Positions 9,596 to 20,067 of a stretch of 64,000 nt of DNA are shown here, piece by piece. A program made the translations under genes and the position numbers. Where the stretch lies: contig CAYWQB010000004.1 in assembly GCA_964460785.1 (NCBI GenBank), forward strand, positions 169,817 through 233,816, given 5' to 3'. Below the pieces are notes generated by a model. It saw nothing but the letters and a program-made list of their open reading frames with translations, had not been told where the DNA came from and searched no databases. This DNA comes from an uncultured bacterium. Lineage in GTDB: Bacteria > Chlamydiota > Chlamydiia > Chlamydiales > CAYWQB01. Position 1 is the stretch's first letter, and each line of letters opens with the position of its first letter.

Positions 9596-12500
9596 GTGTT
9601 TCGCTACCTGCATATAGTTTTTTCCTTGGTACTTTCTTTTATGTCCCTTGTTGCTTTCTCTGATCAGGAGCAAGGAGTACAGGTTAATACAAGGCTTGAG
9701 CAGTCTATTATTGCAGATGTTGATCTTCTGACTGGTAGGTATGCAGAACAGTCCATTGATCATATAATAGATGGTGCTGAACCATTAGTCTTAGCTCGCT
9801 ACACAGGTAAGTCTTTTCAGCCTGGAGTGTTTGGAGACTGCTGGGTATTCAATCATGATATAAAGGGAAGGAAGAATGGGTCTATTTTTACTATGCCATC
9901 AGGCTGTGGTGACCCCTGGGCTTACAAGTATAATAAGCATACTCGAAAGTCAGAGTTTATACGCCCTAAAGGCTTAATTCCTTATTATTCTGGAGATCCA
10001 TGGGCAATCGCAGAACCTTTGCTAAAGGTGAGTAAACAGTTAAGTCAACTACACCCTTATCTTGGAGAAAGGATCTTTGGTAAGGTATCGAAGAAAGGAG
10101 ATTCTTACCTTCTTTTAGAGACGCATCTACCGAATGGATATTGGATCAAGTATGGCCATAATCATGGAAAGCTAGAATCTATTTATACTCAGAGTGGAGA
10201 GAATGAAGATGTTATAGGCCTGATCAACTGGGCAAAGTTTGAGTATAAAGATTACGAAGGAGCTTATGACTTATTTATTCACACAAGTGATGGGCAACAG
10301 TTATCTTATACTATTGTAGGAGGAAGGCTTACTTCTTTTTCCAAAAATGGACTATGTCTTGTTGAGTATGAGTACCTCCAAGATAAGGGAGAACCTAAAG
10401 TTTCTTCAAAGAAACTTAGGGGAGGAGAAACCCTTTATATCGAATACTACTCTAGTAGTGAACGGGGGATTGCTAGTGGGCGTGTTGCTAAGATTTTAAG
10501 GAAGGAAGGTAAAGAAAAGGTTCCAGCTTACACTTTTCACTATGAGCAAAGAGGGGCAGACTTATTTGTCGAAGTACAAGAAGTTGGAGGAGGTATCAAG
10601 TGCTACCTTTTCAACGATAAGGGATATCTCAAAAATTATCAGATAAAGCCACATGTGAGGGCGCAGCATTGGCTTGAGTATTATTATAAGTATGACTCAC
10701 GTGGGTATATTTTATCCGAACAAGCTGTAGAGCATCAGGTAAATAAGGAACCAGTACTTTTATTTGAGAAACAATGGGCATATGACAGTGAAGGAAGGCT
10801 CATTTCATCAAAGTTAATAGGAAACCTCACAGGTAAGGTCAAGCAATCTATACCTTATTATGAGCCTCATCACAGATTAGAAGCTTATGAGAAGCGGTAT
10901 TATTATAATAAAATAAATGAAAAGCGAAGTGAAGTTATTGAGGAAGATGGCTTTTCTAAGAAAAAGTCTCTTTACTCTATGCGTATGCATCGAACTGGGC
11001 GTATGGAAAAAAACAATCCTCGCCCACCTTTAGCATATTCTCCAATACTTGCAGCTAAATTTGAGTATGAAGGGGATCGAGTGGTCAAAAGAGAACACTT
11101 TAGATATGCCCCTACTATGCTTCCCAATGGGAAGATGAAAAATCTCCAACCAATTGAGAAGTTAATCGATGATGGAAGCAGTGAAGACCCTTACAGCTAT
11201 GAGGGAGTAACTCATCAACTATTTGAAAGGTACATGTATATGCCAGAGCAGTGCTGGTATATCGACAAAAGAACCATCAAGAAAAAAGAGAGAAAAGAAA
11301 AGCGGAAGCAAGAGTTTACACATTGGCCCAAAATCCCTGGAGAGCCAGAGGTAAAGATCCCGAGTAGCCCTAGAGATTTTCTGAAGCCATTAGACACAAA
11401 AAATAGACATGTGGATCAAATTAAGCCTTATGATGGGTTGGGGTGTTTGAAGTATGTTATCGAAGGGGAAGTGGATATCCAAGACAAAAAGTGGAGGGTC
11501 CGAAAAGGCTGCTCATTTGTTTGGAAGAATGGAAAGGTTGTACAGACTACAGAGTTCAGTGCAAACTGTGATCTTCTATTTGATAAGATGTGCACAGATT
11601 TTTTCTTTGCACCGGATCAGATCCGAGGAGCTTCCCATATTGAGTATGATAAGCTAGGGCAAGAAGTAGCAACGATAAATCCCTCAGGACACAGGATAGT
11701 CAAAAAATACAATGAGCAAGGTTTTGTAGTATCTCAACATGATACCTACTCAGGAATCAAAGAATCTTATACTTATGACCACCGAGGAAACTTAGTAACA
11801 CGTCTTGAAGAGTTGCCTACAGGTGAATCTTTCATGACAAGTTATGAGTACAACGAAGTAGGTCAAAAGGTTAAAGAGAAAGACTTTTTAGGTAACACAA
11901 CAGAGTACCTATATAGTAAAGAGCAAGATCAGGTTACAACCTTATACCCAATAACTCTAACAACAGAGGGCTTAAGGCAAGCTAAAGAAGAGATTCTTTA
12001 TGATGCGCTGGGCCGTGTTGTACGCGAGAAAAGTCCTCTTGGATACACAACAGAATATATAAGAAATGCACGAGGGGAGCCAATCTTAATTTCATATGGA
12101 GATGGCTCTACAGAGCAGTATGAGTATAACCTTCGAGGTGATGTTGTTTCTCATACTAATCGAATCGGAGTGAAAACAATTTTTTCCTATGATTCCAGGG
12201 GAAATGTAATACACACACAGACATATGACAAGAATGGAGAGCTTATTTCGGATATCATAGCGCAGTACAATACACTTGGGCTTGTAAGGGAAGAGGATCG
12301 CTTGAAAGGCTTGACTAAAGCGTATAAGTACAATGCATATGGACAACGAGTAGAGGAAAAAGTTCAAGAAGGAGATCAAGAGCGATATATAGAGTATGCA
12401 TATGACGAAAAAGATCGTTTGGTACGGCAAAGGAAATATGCAGATAAACAAAAGAGTCAGTGGGTAGAGACTTTCTGGGAGTATGATGCACTTGATCGTC

Positions 12501-15268
12501 AAATCAGAGAGAAAAGTCAAGATTCCAATGGAAAGACGATTTTAGACCAAGTAACAACTTATGACAAAAGTGGAGAGGTTGCTAAATTAACTATTAGGCT
12601 AGGTGAAGGCCAGAAGGTTTCTACTGAAAAAAAATATCTTGCAAATGGGTATCTATGTGAAATCATTGATGCAGAAGGTAATACAACTGTTATCAAGCAT
12701 AACTTTGATGCTATCAATGAACTAGGCCAAAGAGTTCTCACTAAAACAACATTATTTCCCAATGGGAGTAGGCTTTGTACTCAGTATGATGCTCTGATGA
12801 GAGAGGCTTGGCAGGAAGAGCAAAATATGAGTGGCGAATCTGTGAGTCGCCGAGAATTCCTTTACGATCACGCAGGAAATAAGAGTTGTGAAAAAATCGT
12901 CCACCCACAAAGCCATGAAGTTTTATATGAAGTGCGCTGGGAATATGACTCAGAAGGTAGGGTTACAAAGCAAGTAGAAGCCTTTGGCTCTAGTAAAGAG
13001 CGAGTCACTGGCTTTAGTTATAATTCTCTAGGGCAGTTAATAGAGAAAAAACTGCCTGGAGGGCAGGTATTTTCTTATGAATACAACTCACTTGGGGAGC
13101 TCAAAAGACTCTCAAGTCAAGATGGCTCGCTTTCGCACCTGTATGAGTATGATATTGAAGGTAAACTAATATACGCTCTTGATGAATTAAAGAATCTGTC
13201 TATTTCCCGCTCCTATGCTCTTGGGCGCTTACTAGAGGACTCTTTAGCAAATGGGCTAAAAGTTAAATATGAGTATGATGGCTTAGATAGAGTAACTAAA
13301 GTTATACTGCCAGAGCGCTTTGGATCGATTTTATATGTATACGACGGTGCTTTTCTTTCAGGTGTAGTTCGGGTCAATGGTGATGGAGAAGAGGTCTATA
13401 GGCAAAGTATTGATAAGTATGATGACCTTGCAAGGCCTATAAAAGAATCTTTACCCAATGGTCGTGGAGAAATATTTTCAGAATGGAATAACTATGGGTT
13501 TTGTCAGTCCTCTAAATCCCCATATGGCTCTTTTAATATCTGCAAGTTTGATCCTAAAGGACATTTAACAGCTGTTACAGAGGAGTCTGTGCTTGGCCAT
13601 AAAGAGCTAGAGTACACATATGATGCTCGAGGTCAGCTTTCTTCTGAATCTGGGCCTTTTTCTATACAGTACAACTTTGATTACAGTGGGAACCTGGATG
13701 CTCTTGATGATTTTAATTTTGACTTAAATAGCCTAAACCAAGTTACAGAAAGTCCATTTGCTAGTTATAAGTACGATGCCAATGGACAACTTCAGGAAAA
13801 ACAAACAGTTACTGATTATTGGCAGTATGCTTTCAATTCTATTGGTAACTTAGAAGAAGTCCATAAAAATGGGGACAAGGTATCTGAAGTGACCTATGAT
13901 CCTCTTGGTAGGCGGGTATGGGAAGTAACAAGAGGTGAAACTCTAGCCTACTTTTATATTGGTGAAGAAGAAGTAGGCTCTTTTTCTAGAAGTCTCAATG
14001 AGTTAATAGACTTAAAAGTGACTTTGCCTTTCCAGGTAGACCATAGGAATTGTATTCCAATTGAGATTCGAGGAAACCTCAAGTTGGCTCTAAGAGACTT
14101 TCGTGGAAATATCTCCAAGCTTGTAAATGGAGAGACAGGGGAGCTAGAAGAGCTTTACCAGTACTCTGCCTTTGGCTTGATCTTTACTTATGATGGAAAT
14201 GGAAGAGGCAAACGCACTCCTTCAGAAAATAGCTGGCTCTACTCAGGTAGTCGCTACTCTTTTGAAACAGAATTAGGGTTTTATGAGTTTCGTTATTATG
14301 ACAGTGAGCTTGCAAGGTGGATCTCACCAGACCCAATAGGGGTATTGGATGATATTAATGTTTATCGATGTAGAAAAAATAACCATCTTCTCTATGCAGA
14401 TCCATTTGGATTAAGTAGTGGTCCAACAGGCCTTTTTCCCTTAGACTTTCTAGTCGCGGTATTTGATGCAGCTCACCACTTTGTTACACATGCACTCCCT
14501 CCTATATTTAAGGGTGCAGGCCGTATTTTAGAGCTAGGAGCCCATCACTTAATCCCCGATCCTATAGGCTTGGTAAAGGCTCCTCTTCTTGGTTTAGGGA
14601 TGACTTTACAAGGTAAAAATATGAGCCAAATTCAAAGTCGCCTTGGCAGTCTCATTCATCCTACTGTTGAGCAAATCTCTGTAGGATCAAGGGAGGTTCC
14701 CAATATGAGAGCCTACTATATCAATGGTATTAACTGTTCAAGAGGGGACTTTATTCGGAACCTTAGGGGGATGTCATTAGCAAATGATAACTTGCGCATA
14801 ACAGGCCTTAGAAACCCCGATGAAGGTATTGTCGTTAATTTAATGCGGTGCATCTTCCAAAAAATAGGTTTTCATAGACCCTTTGAAGCTACTTTAGAGA
14901 GGGAAGTTCGTACTATTCTTTCAACTGATGAAGAAGTGGGTCAATATAAGTTTCTTGTGCATAGCGAAGCTAATTTTTTGATGGGGAGTATTGTTGTGCG
15001 TCTTCCAGATCAAATGACACAGAGCTTAGAAGTTTTAGGCTTAGGGTCTCCTGATATATGCAACTCTTCTTGTTATAAATATGCATCAAGCCAGTTAGAC
15101 TTTATTGGGAAGTTAAGTCCTATAGCTATAAGGTCAAGAAGTGCTACGTCAAACTTGTCTCCAGTAGAATTTACCAGGCCAATAAGTAAAATCCCCTTTT
15201 TAGATCATCGCATAGTAGGAGGAGGATATCAAAAGCGAATCCAAAAATTTTTCCAGGAGATCGATTAA
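9596..15268 (+). CDS. RHS/YD-repeat polymorphic toxin with signal peptide and C-terminal alpha/beta-hydrolase-like domain
   Basis: Hydrophobic N-terminus, VDLLTG..GAEPLVLARY (DUF6531-like), many YxYDxxGR repeats, RHS core RYYD..LARWISPDPIG..N.Y....NN.....DPFGL, then a ~284-aa tip. Confidence 0.93.
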   Translation: MFRYLHIVFSLVLSFMSLVAFSDQEQGVQVNTRLEQSIIADVDLLTGRYAEQSIDHIIDGAEPLVLARYTGKSFQPGVFGDCWVFNHDIKGRKNGSIFTMPSGCGDPWAYKYNKHTRKSEFIRPKGLIPYYSGDPWAIAEPLLKVSKQLSQLHPYLGERIFGKVSKKGDSYLLLETHLPNGYWIKYGHNHGKLESIYTQSGENEDVIGLINWAKFEYKDYEGAYDLFIHTSDGQQLSYTIVGGRLTSFSKNGLCLVEYEYLQDKGEPKVSSKKLRGGETLYIEYYSSSERGIASGRVAKILRKEGKEKVPAYTFHYEQRGADLFVEVQEVGGGIKCYLFNDKGYLKNYQIKPHVRAQHWLEYYYKYDSRGYILSEQAVEHQVNKEPVLLFEKQWAYDSEGRLISSKLIGNLTGKVKQSIPYYEPHHRLEAYEKRYYYNKINEKRSEVIEEDGFSKKKSLYSMRMHRTGRMEKNNPRPPLAYSPILAAKFEYEGDRVVKREHFRYAPTMLPNGKMKNLQPIEKLIDDGSSEDPYSYEGVTHQLFERYMYMPEQCWYIDKRTIKKKERKEKRKQEFTHWPKIPGEPEVKIPSSPRDFLKPLDTKNRHVDQIKPYDGLGCLKYVIEGEVDIQDKKWRVRKGCSFVWKNGKVVQTTEFSANCDLLFDKMCTDFFFAPDQIRGASHIEYDKLGQEVATINPSGHRIVKKYNEQGFVVSQHDTYSGIKESYTYDHRGNLVTRLEELPTGESFMTSYEYNEVGQKVKEKDFLGNTTEYLYSKEQDQVTTLYPITLTTEGLRQAKEEILYDALGRVVREKSPLGYTTEYIRNARGEPILISYGDGSTEQYEYNLRGDVVSHTNRIGVKTIFSYDSRGNVIHTQTYDKNGELISDIIAQYNTLGLVREEDRLKGLTKAYKYNAYGQRVEEKVQEGDQERYIEYAYDEKDRLVRQRKYADKQKSQWVETFWEYDALDRQIREKSQDSNGKTILDQVTTYDKSGEVAKLTIRLGEGQKVSTEKKYLANGYLCEIIDAEGNTTVIKHNFDAINELGQRVLTKTTLFPNGSRLCTQYDALMREAWQEEQNMSGESVSRREFLYDHAGNKSCEKIVHPQSHEVLYEVRWEYDSEGRVTKQVEAFGSSKERVTGFSYNSLGQLIEKKLPGGQVFSYEYNSLGELKRLSSQDGSLSHLYEYDIEGKLIYALDELKNLSISRSYALGRLLEDSLANGLKVKYEYDGLDRVTKVILPERFGSILYVYDGAFLSGVVRVNGDGEEVYRQSIDKYDDLARPIKESLPNGRGEIFSEWNNYGFCQSSKSPYGSFNICKFDPKGHLTAVTEESVLGHKELEYTYDARGQLSSESGPFSIQYNFDYSGNLDALDDFNFDLNSLNQVTESPFASYKYDANGQLQEKQTVTDYWQYAFNSIGNLEEVHKNGDKVSEVTYDPLGRRVWEVTRGETLAYFYIGEEEVGSFSRSLNELIDLKVTLPFQVDHRNCIPIEIRGNLKLALRDFRGNISKLVNGETGELEELYQYSAFGLIFTYDGNGRGKRTPSENSWLYSGSRYSFETELGFYEFRYYDSELARWISPDPIGVLDDINVYRCRKNNHLLYADPFGLSSGPTGLFPLDFLVAVFDAAHHFVTHALPPIFKGAGRILELGAHHLIPDPIGLVKAPLLGLGMTLQGKNMSQIQSRLGSLIHPTVEQISVGSREVPNMRAYYINGINCSRGDFIRNLRGMSLANDNLRITGLRNPDEGIVVNLMRCIFQKIGFHRPFEATLEREVRTILSTDEEVGQYKFLVHSEANFLMGSIVVRLPDQMTQSLEVLGLGSPDICNSSCYKYASSQLDFIGKLSPIAIRSRSATSNLSPVEFTRPISKIPFLDHRIVGGGYQKRIQKFFQEID

Positions 15269-15889
15269 ATGCTTAAATATCAATTATGCTTTATATTTTT
15301 TTTGATAGCTCTACTTACAGCATGTACATACCCTAATTCTCAGCTTTATGATGACCAAGTCAGTATATTCAGGGAGCTACATACATATATAAAAAAAGAG
15401 ACTCAACTTTCTTTAGAGCTAGATAGCTTTATTCTTCTTCATAAAGAAGAAAAGTATATGCCGGATGCTATTTTGCTAGCCTGTTTAGAAAAAACAGACC
15501 CTATCTCTATTAGTGAGTCAAGAGAATACACTGTAAATGCTGTTTTATATGCTTTAAACTTCTTCAATACGAATGCAAAGTACAAAGGTCTTTCTAAAGA
15601 TAAATCTACATCTATTTTGGACTTACGCTTTATGATTGGCTTGGGAGCATTTAAGGATCCCTTTACTGCAGATCGTATTCCTGGAGATATTGGAGATGTT
15701 TTTCTTAAACAGGGCAGGTTGTTTTATGTTGAGCGCTTTGGGTCTTTAGATACAGCTTTAAAAGAAGAAACATTTACAGAGGCTATTGACCTTTTGAAAG
15801 AGCAGGGGAAAATTTACTATCCAGAGTATTTGAAGTGGGTTGAAAGAGCAGAAAGTGATCACTCTAGTAAGCTGCAGGAATCCCAATGA
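15269..15889 (+). CDS. Putative lipoprotein, candidate immunity protein 1
   Basis: Lipobox LLTAC. ATG directly abuts the RHS stop. Paralogous to the next two genes. Confidence 0.75.
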   Translation: MLKYQLCFIFFLIALLTACTYPNSQLYDDQVSIFRELHTYIKKETQLSLELDSFILLHKEEKYMPDAILLACLEKTDPISISESREYTVNAVLYALNFFNTNAKYKGLSKDKSTSILDLRFMIGLGAFKDPFTADRIPGDIGDVFLKQGRLFYVERFGSLDTALKEETFTEAIDLLKEQGKIYYPEYLKWVERAESDHSSKLQESQ

Positions 15890-17077
15890 GAAGGGATTTT
15901 GTAGCTTTTTTGCTTATGACAGCTTGCCTATCAGGGTGCATTCATCCTGTGCCACAATTTTATAAAGAACAAAGAAAAGCATTTGTTGACCTGTATCAGT
16001 ATATAGAAGAAAAACGTATATTGGACTTTGAGTTAGATAGCTTTATGTTTTGTGGTCGGGGGGAAAGCCAGAAGCCATGCACTATGATGACTGCTGCACA
16101 AGATGACCCAAGTCCTATCTCTATTGATAAAGCTAGGGTCTATGCCGTTAATGCTACATTATGTGTACTCAATTTTTATAATTCGAAAAACGGAATTGGT
16201 GTTATATGGGAGGATAAGGATAAGCTTGCTACGCTTTTCAACTCTCTTTTTATGGTAGACTTAGGAGAGTTCAAAGATCCTTTGACTGCACGACGTATTC
16301 CTGGTGATATAGGTAGTGTTTTTCTTAAGCAAGGCAAGGTCTTTTATGTTGAGCGCTTTGGGGCCATAGATACAGCTTTTCAAGAAGAAACATTTACAGA
16401 GGCTGTTGACCTTTTGAAAGAGCAGGGAAAACTCTACTATCCAGAGTACTTGAAGTGGGTTGAAGGAGCAGAAAGTGATCACTCTAGTAAGCTGCAGGAA
16501 TCTCCATGAGAAGAGGCTTTGCAGCTTTTTTGTTAATGACATCTTTCCTATCAGGGTGTATCCATCCAGCACCACAATTTTATAAAGATCAAAAAAAAGC
16601 ATTTGTTGACCTGTGTCGGTATATGGAGAAAGAGAGTGTTTTAGGCATTGATCTCAATAGCTTTCGGTTTTACAGGTTCCAGGGAAAAATGATTCCTAGG
16701 ACACTTATAGAAGCAGAGAAGAGTAATCCAGACCCAATATCCATCAGCTTAGCCCGCGTCTATGCAGTCAATTCTATCTTGTATACATTGAACTTTTTCA
16801 ATACGAGTAAAGAGTTCCTTTCTATGCGGGAAGGAGAGCTGACTACAAATCTAAACTCTCGCTTTATGGTGGGGTTAGGAGAGTTTAGGGATCCTTTTAC
16901 AGCAAAGCGAACGCCAGGAGATGTAGGTAATATTTTCTTAATCCAAGGAAGTTTATCTTATTCTGAGCGATTTAGTGCTCCTGATAGTTCTTTGCATGAA
17001 GAAACATTTACAGAGGCTGTTGACCTTTTGAAAGAGCAGGGGAAACTTTACTATCCAGAGTACTTGAAGTGGGTTGA
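15722..17077 (+). repeat. Tandem gene triplication with ~614-620 bp period and near-identical 3' blocks
   Basis: GAAGAAACATTTACAGAGGCT(A/G)TTGACCTTTTGAAAGAGCAGGG... recurs at about 15764, 16384 and 16998. Confidence 0.9.
15886..16509 (+). CDS. Putative lipoprotein, candidate immunity protein 2
   Basis: Lipobox LSGC, ATGA overlap, shared motifs FKDP.TA.RIPGDIG and EETFTEA.DLLKEQGK.YYPEYLKWV. Confidence 0.75.
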   Translation: MRRDFVAFLLMTACLSGCIHPVPQFYKEQRKAFVDLYQYIEEKRILDFELDSFMFCGRGESQKPCTMMTAAQDDPSPISIDKARVYAVNATLCVLNFYNSKNGIGVIWEDKDKLATLFNSLFMVDLGEFKDPLTARRIPGDIGSVFLKQGKVFYVERFGAIDTAFQEETFTEAVDLLKEQGKLYYPEYLKWVEGAESDHSSKLQESP

Positions 17078-17102
17078 TCATCTGTCTTTAATAGAAAATT
17101 GA
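16506..17102 (+). CDS. Putative lipoprotein, candidate immunity protein 3
   Basis: Lipobox LSGC, ATGA overlap, same conserved C-terminal block. Confidence 0.75.
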   Translation: MRRGFAAFLLMTSFLSGCIHPAPQFYKDQKKAFVDLCRYMEKESVLGIDLNSFRFYRFQGKMIPRTLIEAEKSNPDPISISLARVYAVNSILYTLNFFNTSKEFLSMREGELTTNLNSRFMVGLGEFRDPFTAKRTPGDVGNIFLIQGSLSYSERFSAPDSSLHEETFTEAVDLLKEQGKLYYPEYLKWVDHLSLIEN

Positions 17103-17227
17103 GTTGGAATTAATTAAAATAAATTATGTTTATTTATTTTGGTTAATGGTTTATTATTTACATGGTTTTTTGTTCTGATTTGTAAAAGTCTATCAACTAC
17201 GACCCAAAATAGAGCACCTAGGAGTTC

Positions 17228-17956
17228 ATGCTAGTGAGAAAAAAGGGCATTTCTATATCAGTAAGCAGTGAGTCAGCTGTAGCTGAAATATTGACCGATA
17301 GAATGTATCTGCGCTTGTATCAAGGTGCAGATTTTAAAGATGCGCTAGAGCTTTACTCTGATGAAAAACTCACAAGGTTGTTTGATAGTGGTAAGCCTCT
17401 TTCCTATGAAGAAGTTAAGAATCTCATGGATGAGAGGGCGTATGCTTTCTCAAAAAAAGGTATTCCTTTAGGTATTTTCTCTGCTTTTTGCAACTCTACA
17501 AAAAAATTTATAGGACACTTTGATATCTTACCGACTGAGAACCCTGGTATTGTTGAAGCTGGATGCATTCTAAAGAGAGAGTTTCACTGTAAAGAGTTTG
17601 CTTTAGAAGGTATAAAAGCATTGGTTTTTGACTACGTTAATGCATTTAACTCGAATGGTTTCCATGTGCAAGGACTCCCTATTAGGAAGGTAATTGCCTC
17701 TACGCACCCTAAAAATTTCCCTTCAATTGCAATTATCGAGTCGATAGGAATGGTGAAGGAAAAAGAAAGTACAAGGTTTGGAAAGCCTAGAATTTGGTAT
17801 TACTGCGATGTAAAGCCACAGACCAATGGCTGTTTTTGCATAGATAAAGTAGGACAGAAGAAGCTCGAAAAAACTGTTTTTGGGCAAAAAAGTAGAGCTA
17901 ATACGAGGAGTTCAACTTCTAAATCTTCGGTATATGCAGAGCCTTTAGCCAAATAG
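17228..17956 (+). CDS. GNAT N-acetyltransferase, RimJ/RimL-like
   Basis: ILTDRMYLR, FIG, E.G.IL..EF, A.THP.N..S..I.E.IGM. AGGAG Shine-Dalgarno. Confidence 0.82.
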   Translation: MLVRKKGISISVSSESAVAEILTDRMYLRLYQGADFKDALELYSDEKLTRLFDSGKPLSYEEVKNLMDERAYAFSKKGIPLGIFSAFCNSTKKFIGHFDILPTENPGIVEAGCILKREFHCKEFALEGIKALVFDYVNAFNSNGFHVQGLPIRKVIASTHPKNFPSIAIIESIGMVKEKESTRFGKPRIWYYCDVKPQTNGCFCIDKVGQKKLEKTVFGQKSRANTRSSTSKSSVYAEPLAK

Positions 17957-17983
17957 GAGCAACCATCTCGGGGTAGGTTAAAA

Positions 17984-18829
17984 ATGGATTTTGAAGAAAT
18001 AAAAAAAAGTCATAAATGGACTGCTGAAGATTATAATACCTACTCTGCTATTCAGTATGCAGCTGCAATAGAGCTATTAGAAAGGTTTTCTTTTACTGGG
18101 GAGGAGTCGGTTCTTGATATAGGCTGTGGAGATGGTAAAATCACGGCAAAGCTCTCTAGCCTGGCTTCTAAAGGCCAAGTTGCCGGGATGGATATCTCTC
18201 CGGAAATGGTTGCTTTTGCTAACAAATACTTTCCTTCAAAGAAGTGGGCAAACTTAACTTTTATAGAAGCAGATGCAAATGAATTGAGTTACAGTGAAGA
18301 GTTTGATGTTATTTTTTCATCTTTTGCTCTTCAATGGCTTAATGATCATGAAAACTTTCTTGGCAGAGCCTTTGATGCTCTGAAAAAAGATGGCTTTTGG
18401 CTTTTTACGATTCCATTAGGGATTTCTCAGGAGCTTGAAGATTCTTTAGAAGAGCTTATCAGCCAAAAGAAATGGTGTAGCTACTTTTCTGAATCTAACT
18501 TTCAGCTAACAGCGATGCCAACAGAAGGGGAGTGGAGAAAAGGGCTTAGCAAAGTTCCAATTGAGCTCACTCAGTGTGAAAAAGTGGATCAAAGCACTAA
18601 TTTTCCCTCATATTCATCCCTTAAGGAGTACATAAAGCAATGGCTTCCTCACCCCTATGCCTTGCCTTCTGATTTAAGGCCTCAGTTTTATGAAGAGCTT
18701 TTCTCTCTACATTCAAGATGGATGAATCTAACAAAAGAGTCTGAAGTATGCTTTACATTTCCTCGTTTAGACATTATTGGAAGAAAGTCTAGACTTGTAC
18801 CCAAAGTGAGCAATGAAGAAGTAAAGTGA
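17984..18829 (+). CDS. Class I SAM-dependent methyltransferase (trans-aconitate methyltransferase-like)
   Basis: W.A.DY...S..Q, VLDIGCGDGKIT, G.D.SPEMV, FDVIFSSFALQW. Confidence 0.9.
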   Translation: MDFEEIKKSHKWTAEDYNTYSAIQYAAAIELLERFSFTGEESVLDIGCGDGKITAKLSSLASKGQVAGMDISPEMVAFANKYFPSKKWANLTFIEADANELSYSEEFDVIFSSFALQWLNDHENFLGRAFDALKKDGFWLFTIPLGISQELEDSLEELISQKKWCSYFSESNFQLTAMPTEGEWRKGLSKVPIELTQCEKVDQSTNFPSYSSLKEYIKQWLPHPYALPSDLRPQFYEELFSLHSRWMNLTKESEVCFTFPRLDIIGRKSRLVPKVSNEEVK

Positions 18830-20056
18830 GATAACACTTGTTGCAAGTAGGTACCAGCAAAATGCTGCTTGGTTATCAGTTATTTTATAAAGAAGAAGCG
18901 CTGCTACAGGGGTAAATCCACCAATAAGCCCATCTGCAACATTAAAAGTTAAGCTAATTCCTGCAAATCTTGTTGATGCCTGAAAGAGCTCTGAAAGTAG
19001 ATTTGTGATTAAAGCAGATATACATGTAACCGGAAGAATATAAAGGCCAGCAACTACAGCAAGTAAAGTTAAATGGTGTTGGTTTTGTGCTAAAAAATAT
19101 ACAACTATTGTTAGGATAATTATAGAAAGGGAAGAGCAGGTGAGCATTAACTTATTGCTGATTCTATCCCCAAGATAGCCAAATACAGGCAGCAGTGCTG
19201 TGGATAGGAAAAGTATAGAGAAAGAAACTAAGCCATTTTCAAACTTCGTTAAACCTACTGATGCGGCAAAATAGGTCGGAATATATGCTGCTAGCATATA
19301 AAACGTTGAGGCATTTATTGCTCCATATCCAATGCCAATAATGATCGCCTTCTTTTCTTTTTTCCATACAGTATTAAGCGACTTAGTATTGATCTCGTTT
19401 TTTCTGATGACCTCTTTAAACATAGGGGTTTCTTCTAGCTTTCTTCGAAGGTAGATGCCAAAAAGCCCAATAAATCCACCTACCCAAAAGGAAATCCTCC
19501 AGCCCCACTCCATTAAAAATGACTCTGGAATAAGGTCTTCAATAAAAAATGCTTCAATGACCCCTAGCATTGCTCCAATTTGATTCCCAAGAGCTCCCCA
19601 GCTAGTTATGAATATTCTGTTGTGTTTCTTGCTATTTTCATAAAGGAAGCAAGCTGTCCCTGGAGACTCTCCAGCTGCAGGTATTGATTGAATGAACTTT
19701 AGGGCAAGAAGAGTAATTGGAGCAAAAACTCCCCACTGGGCATAAGTTGGGATATAGCCAGCTATAAATGTCGGTACTGTCATCATGGTAATAGAAAAAA
19801 TAAATGCTTTTTGCCTTCCAAAGACATCACCGATGTGACTGAAAAGGTAAATCCCAATAATTTTTGCAAAAAAACCAATGCCAAATAGGCTAAAAGAAGC
19901 AATCCAATTCCATATTTGCTCATCAAAATGAAAAAATGATTTGGCGAAAATGGGTGCTAAAAAGCCAAATGAGTAGATTTCAAACCACTCTAAGATATTG
20001 CCGATACTAACAGCACGTATTACTTGTCTTTGCTTACGGGTGGCTAACCTTTTCAA
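18767..20056 (-). CDS. MFS transporter, metabolite:H+ symporter (ProP-like) family
   Basis: GNILEWFE, HIGD.FGR, PTYAQWG..AP, WGWRI.F, LRRKLEETP.F, ELF..STR. Confidence 0.92.
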   Translation of the reverse strand: MKRLATRKQRQVIRAVSIGNILEWFEIYSFGFLAPIFAKSFFHFDEQIWNWIASFSLFGIGFFAKIIGIYLFSHIGDVFGRQKAFIFSITMMTVPTFIAGYIPTYAQWGVFAPITLLALKFIQSIPAAGESPGTACFLYENSKKHNRIFITSWGALGNQIGAMLGVIEAFFIEDLIPESFLMEWGWRISFWVGGFIGLFGIYLRRKLEETPMFKEVIRKNEINTKSLNTVWKKEKKAIIIGIGYGAINASTFYMLAAYIPTYFAASVGLTKFENGLVSFSILFLSTALLPVFGYLGDRISNKLMLTCSSLSIIILTIVVYFLAQNQHHLTLLAVVAGLYILPVTCISALITNLLSELFQASTRFAGISLTFNVADGLIGGFTPVAALLLYKITDNQAAFCWYLLATSVISLYFFIAHFGYKSRLSSNNV

Positions 20057-20067
20057 AATACACCTTC

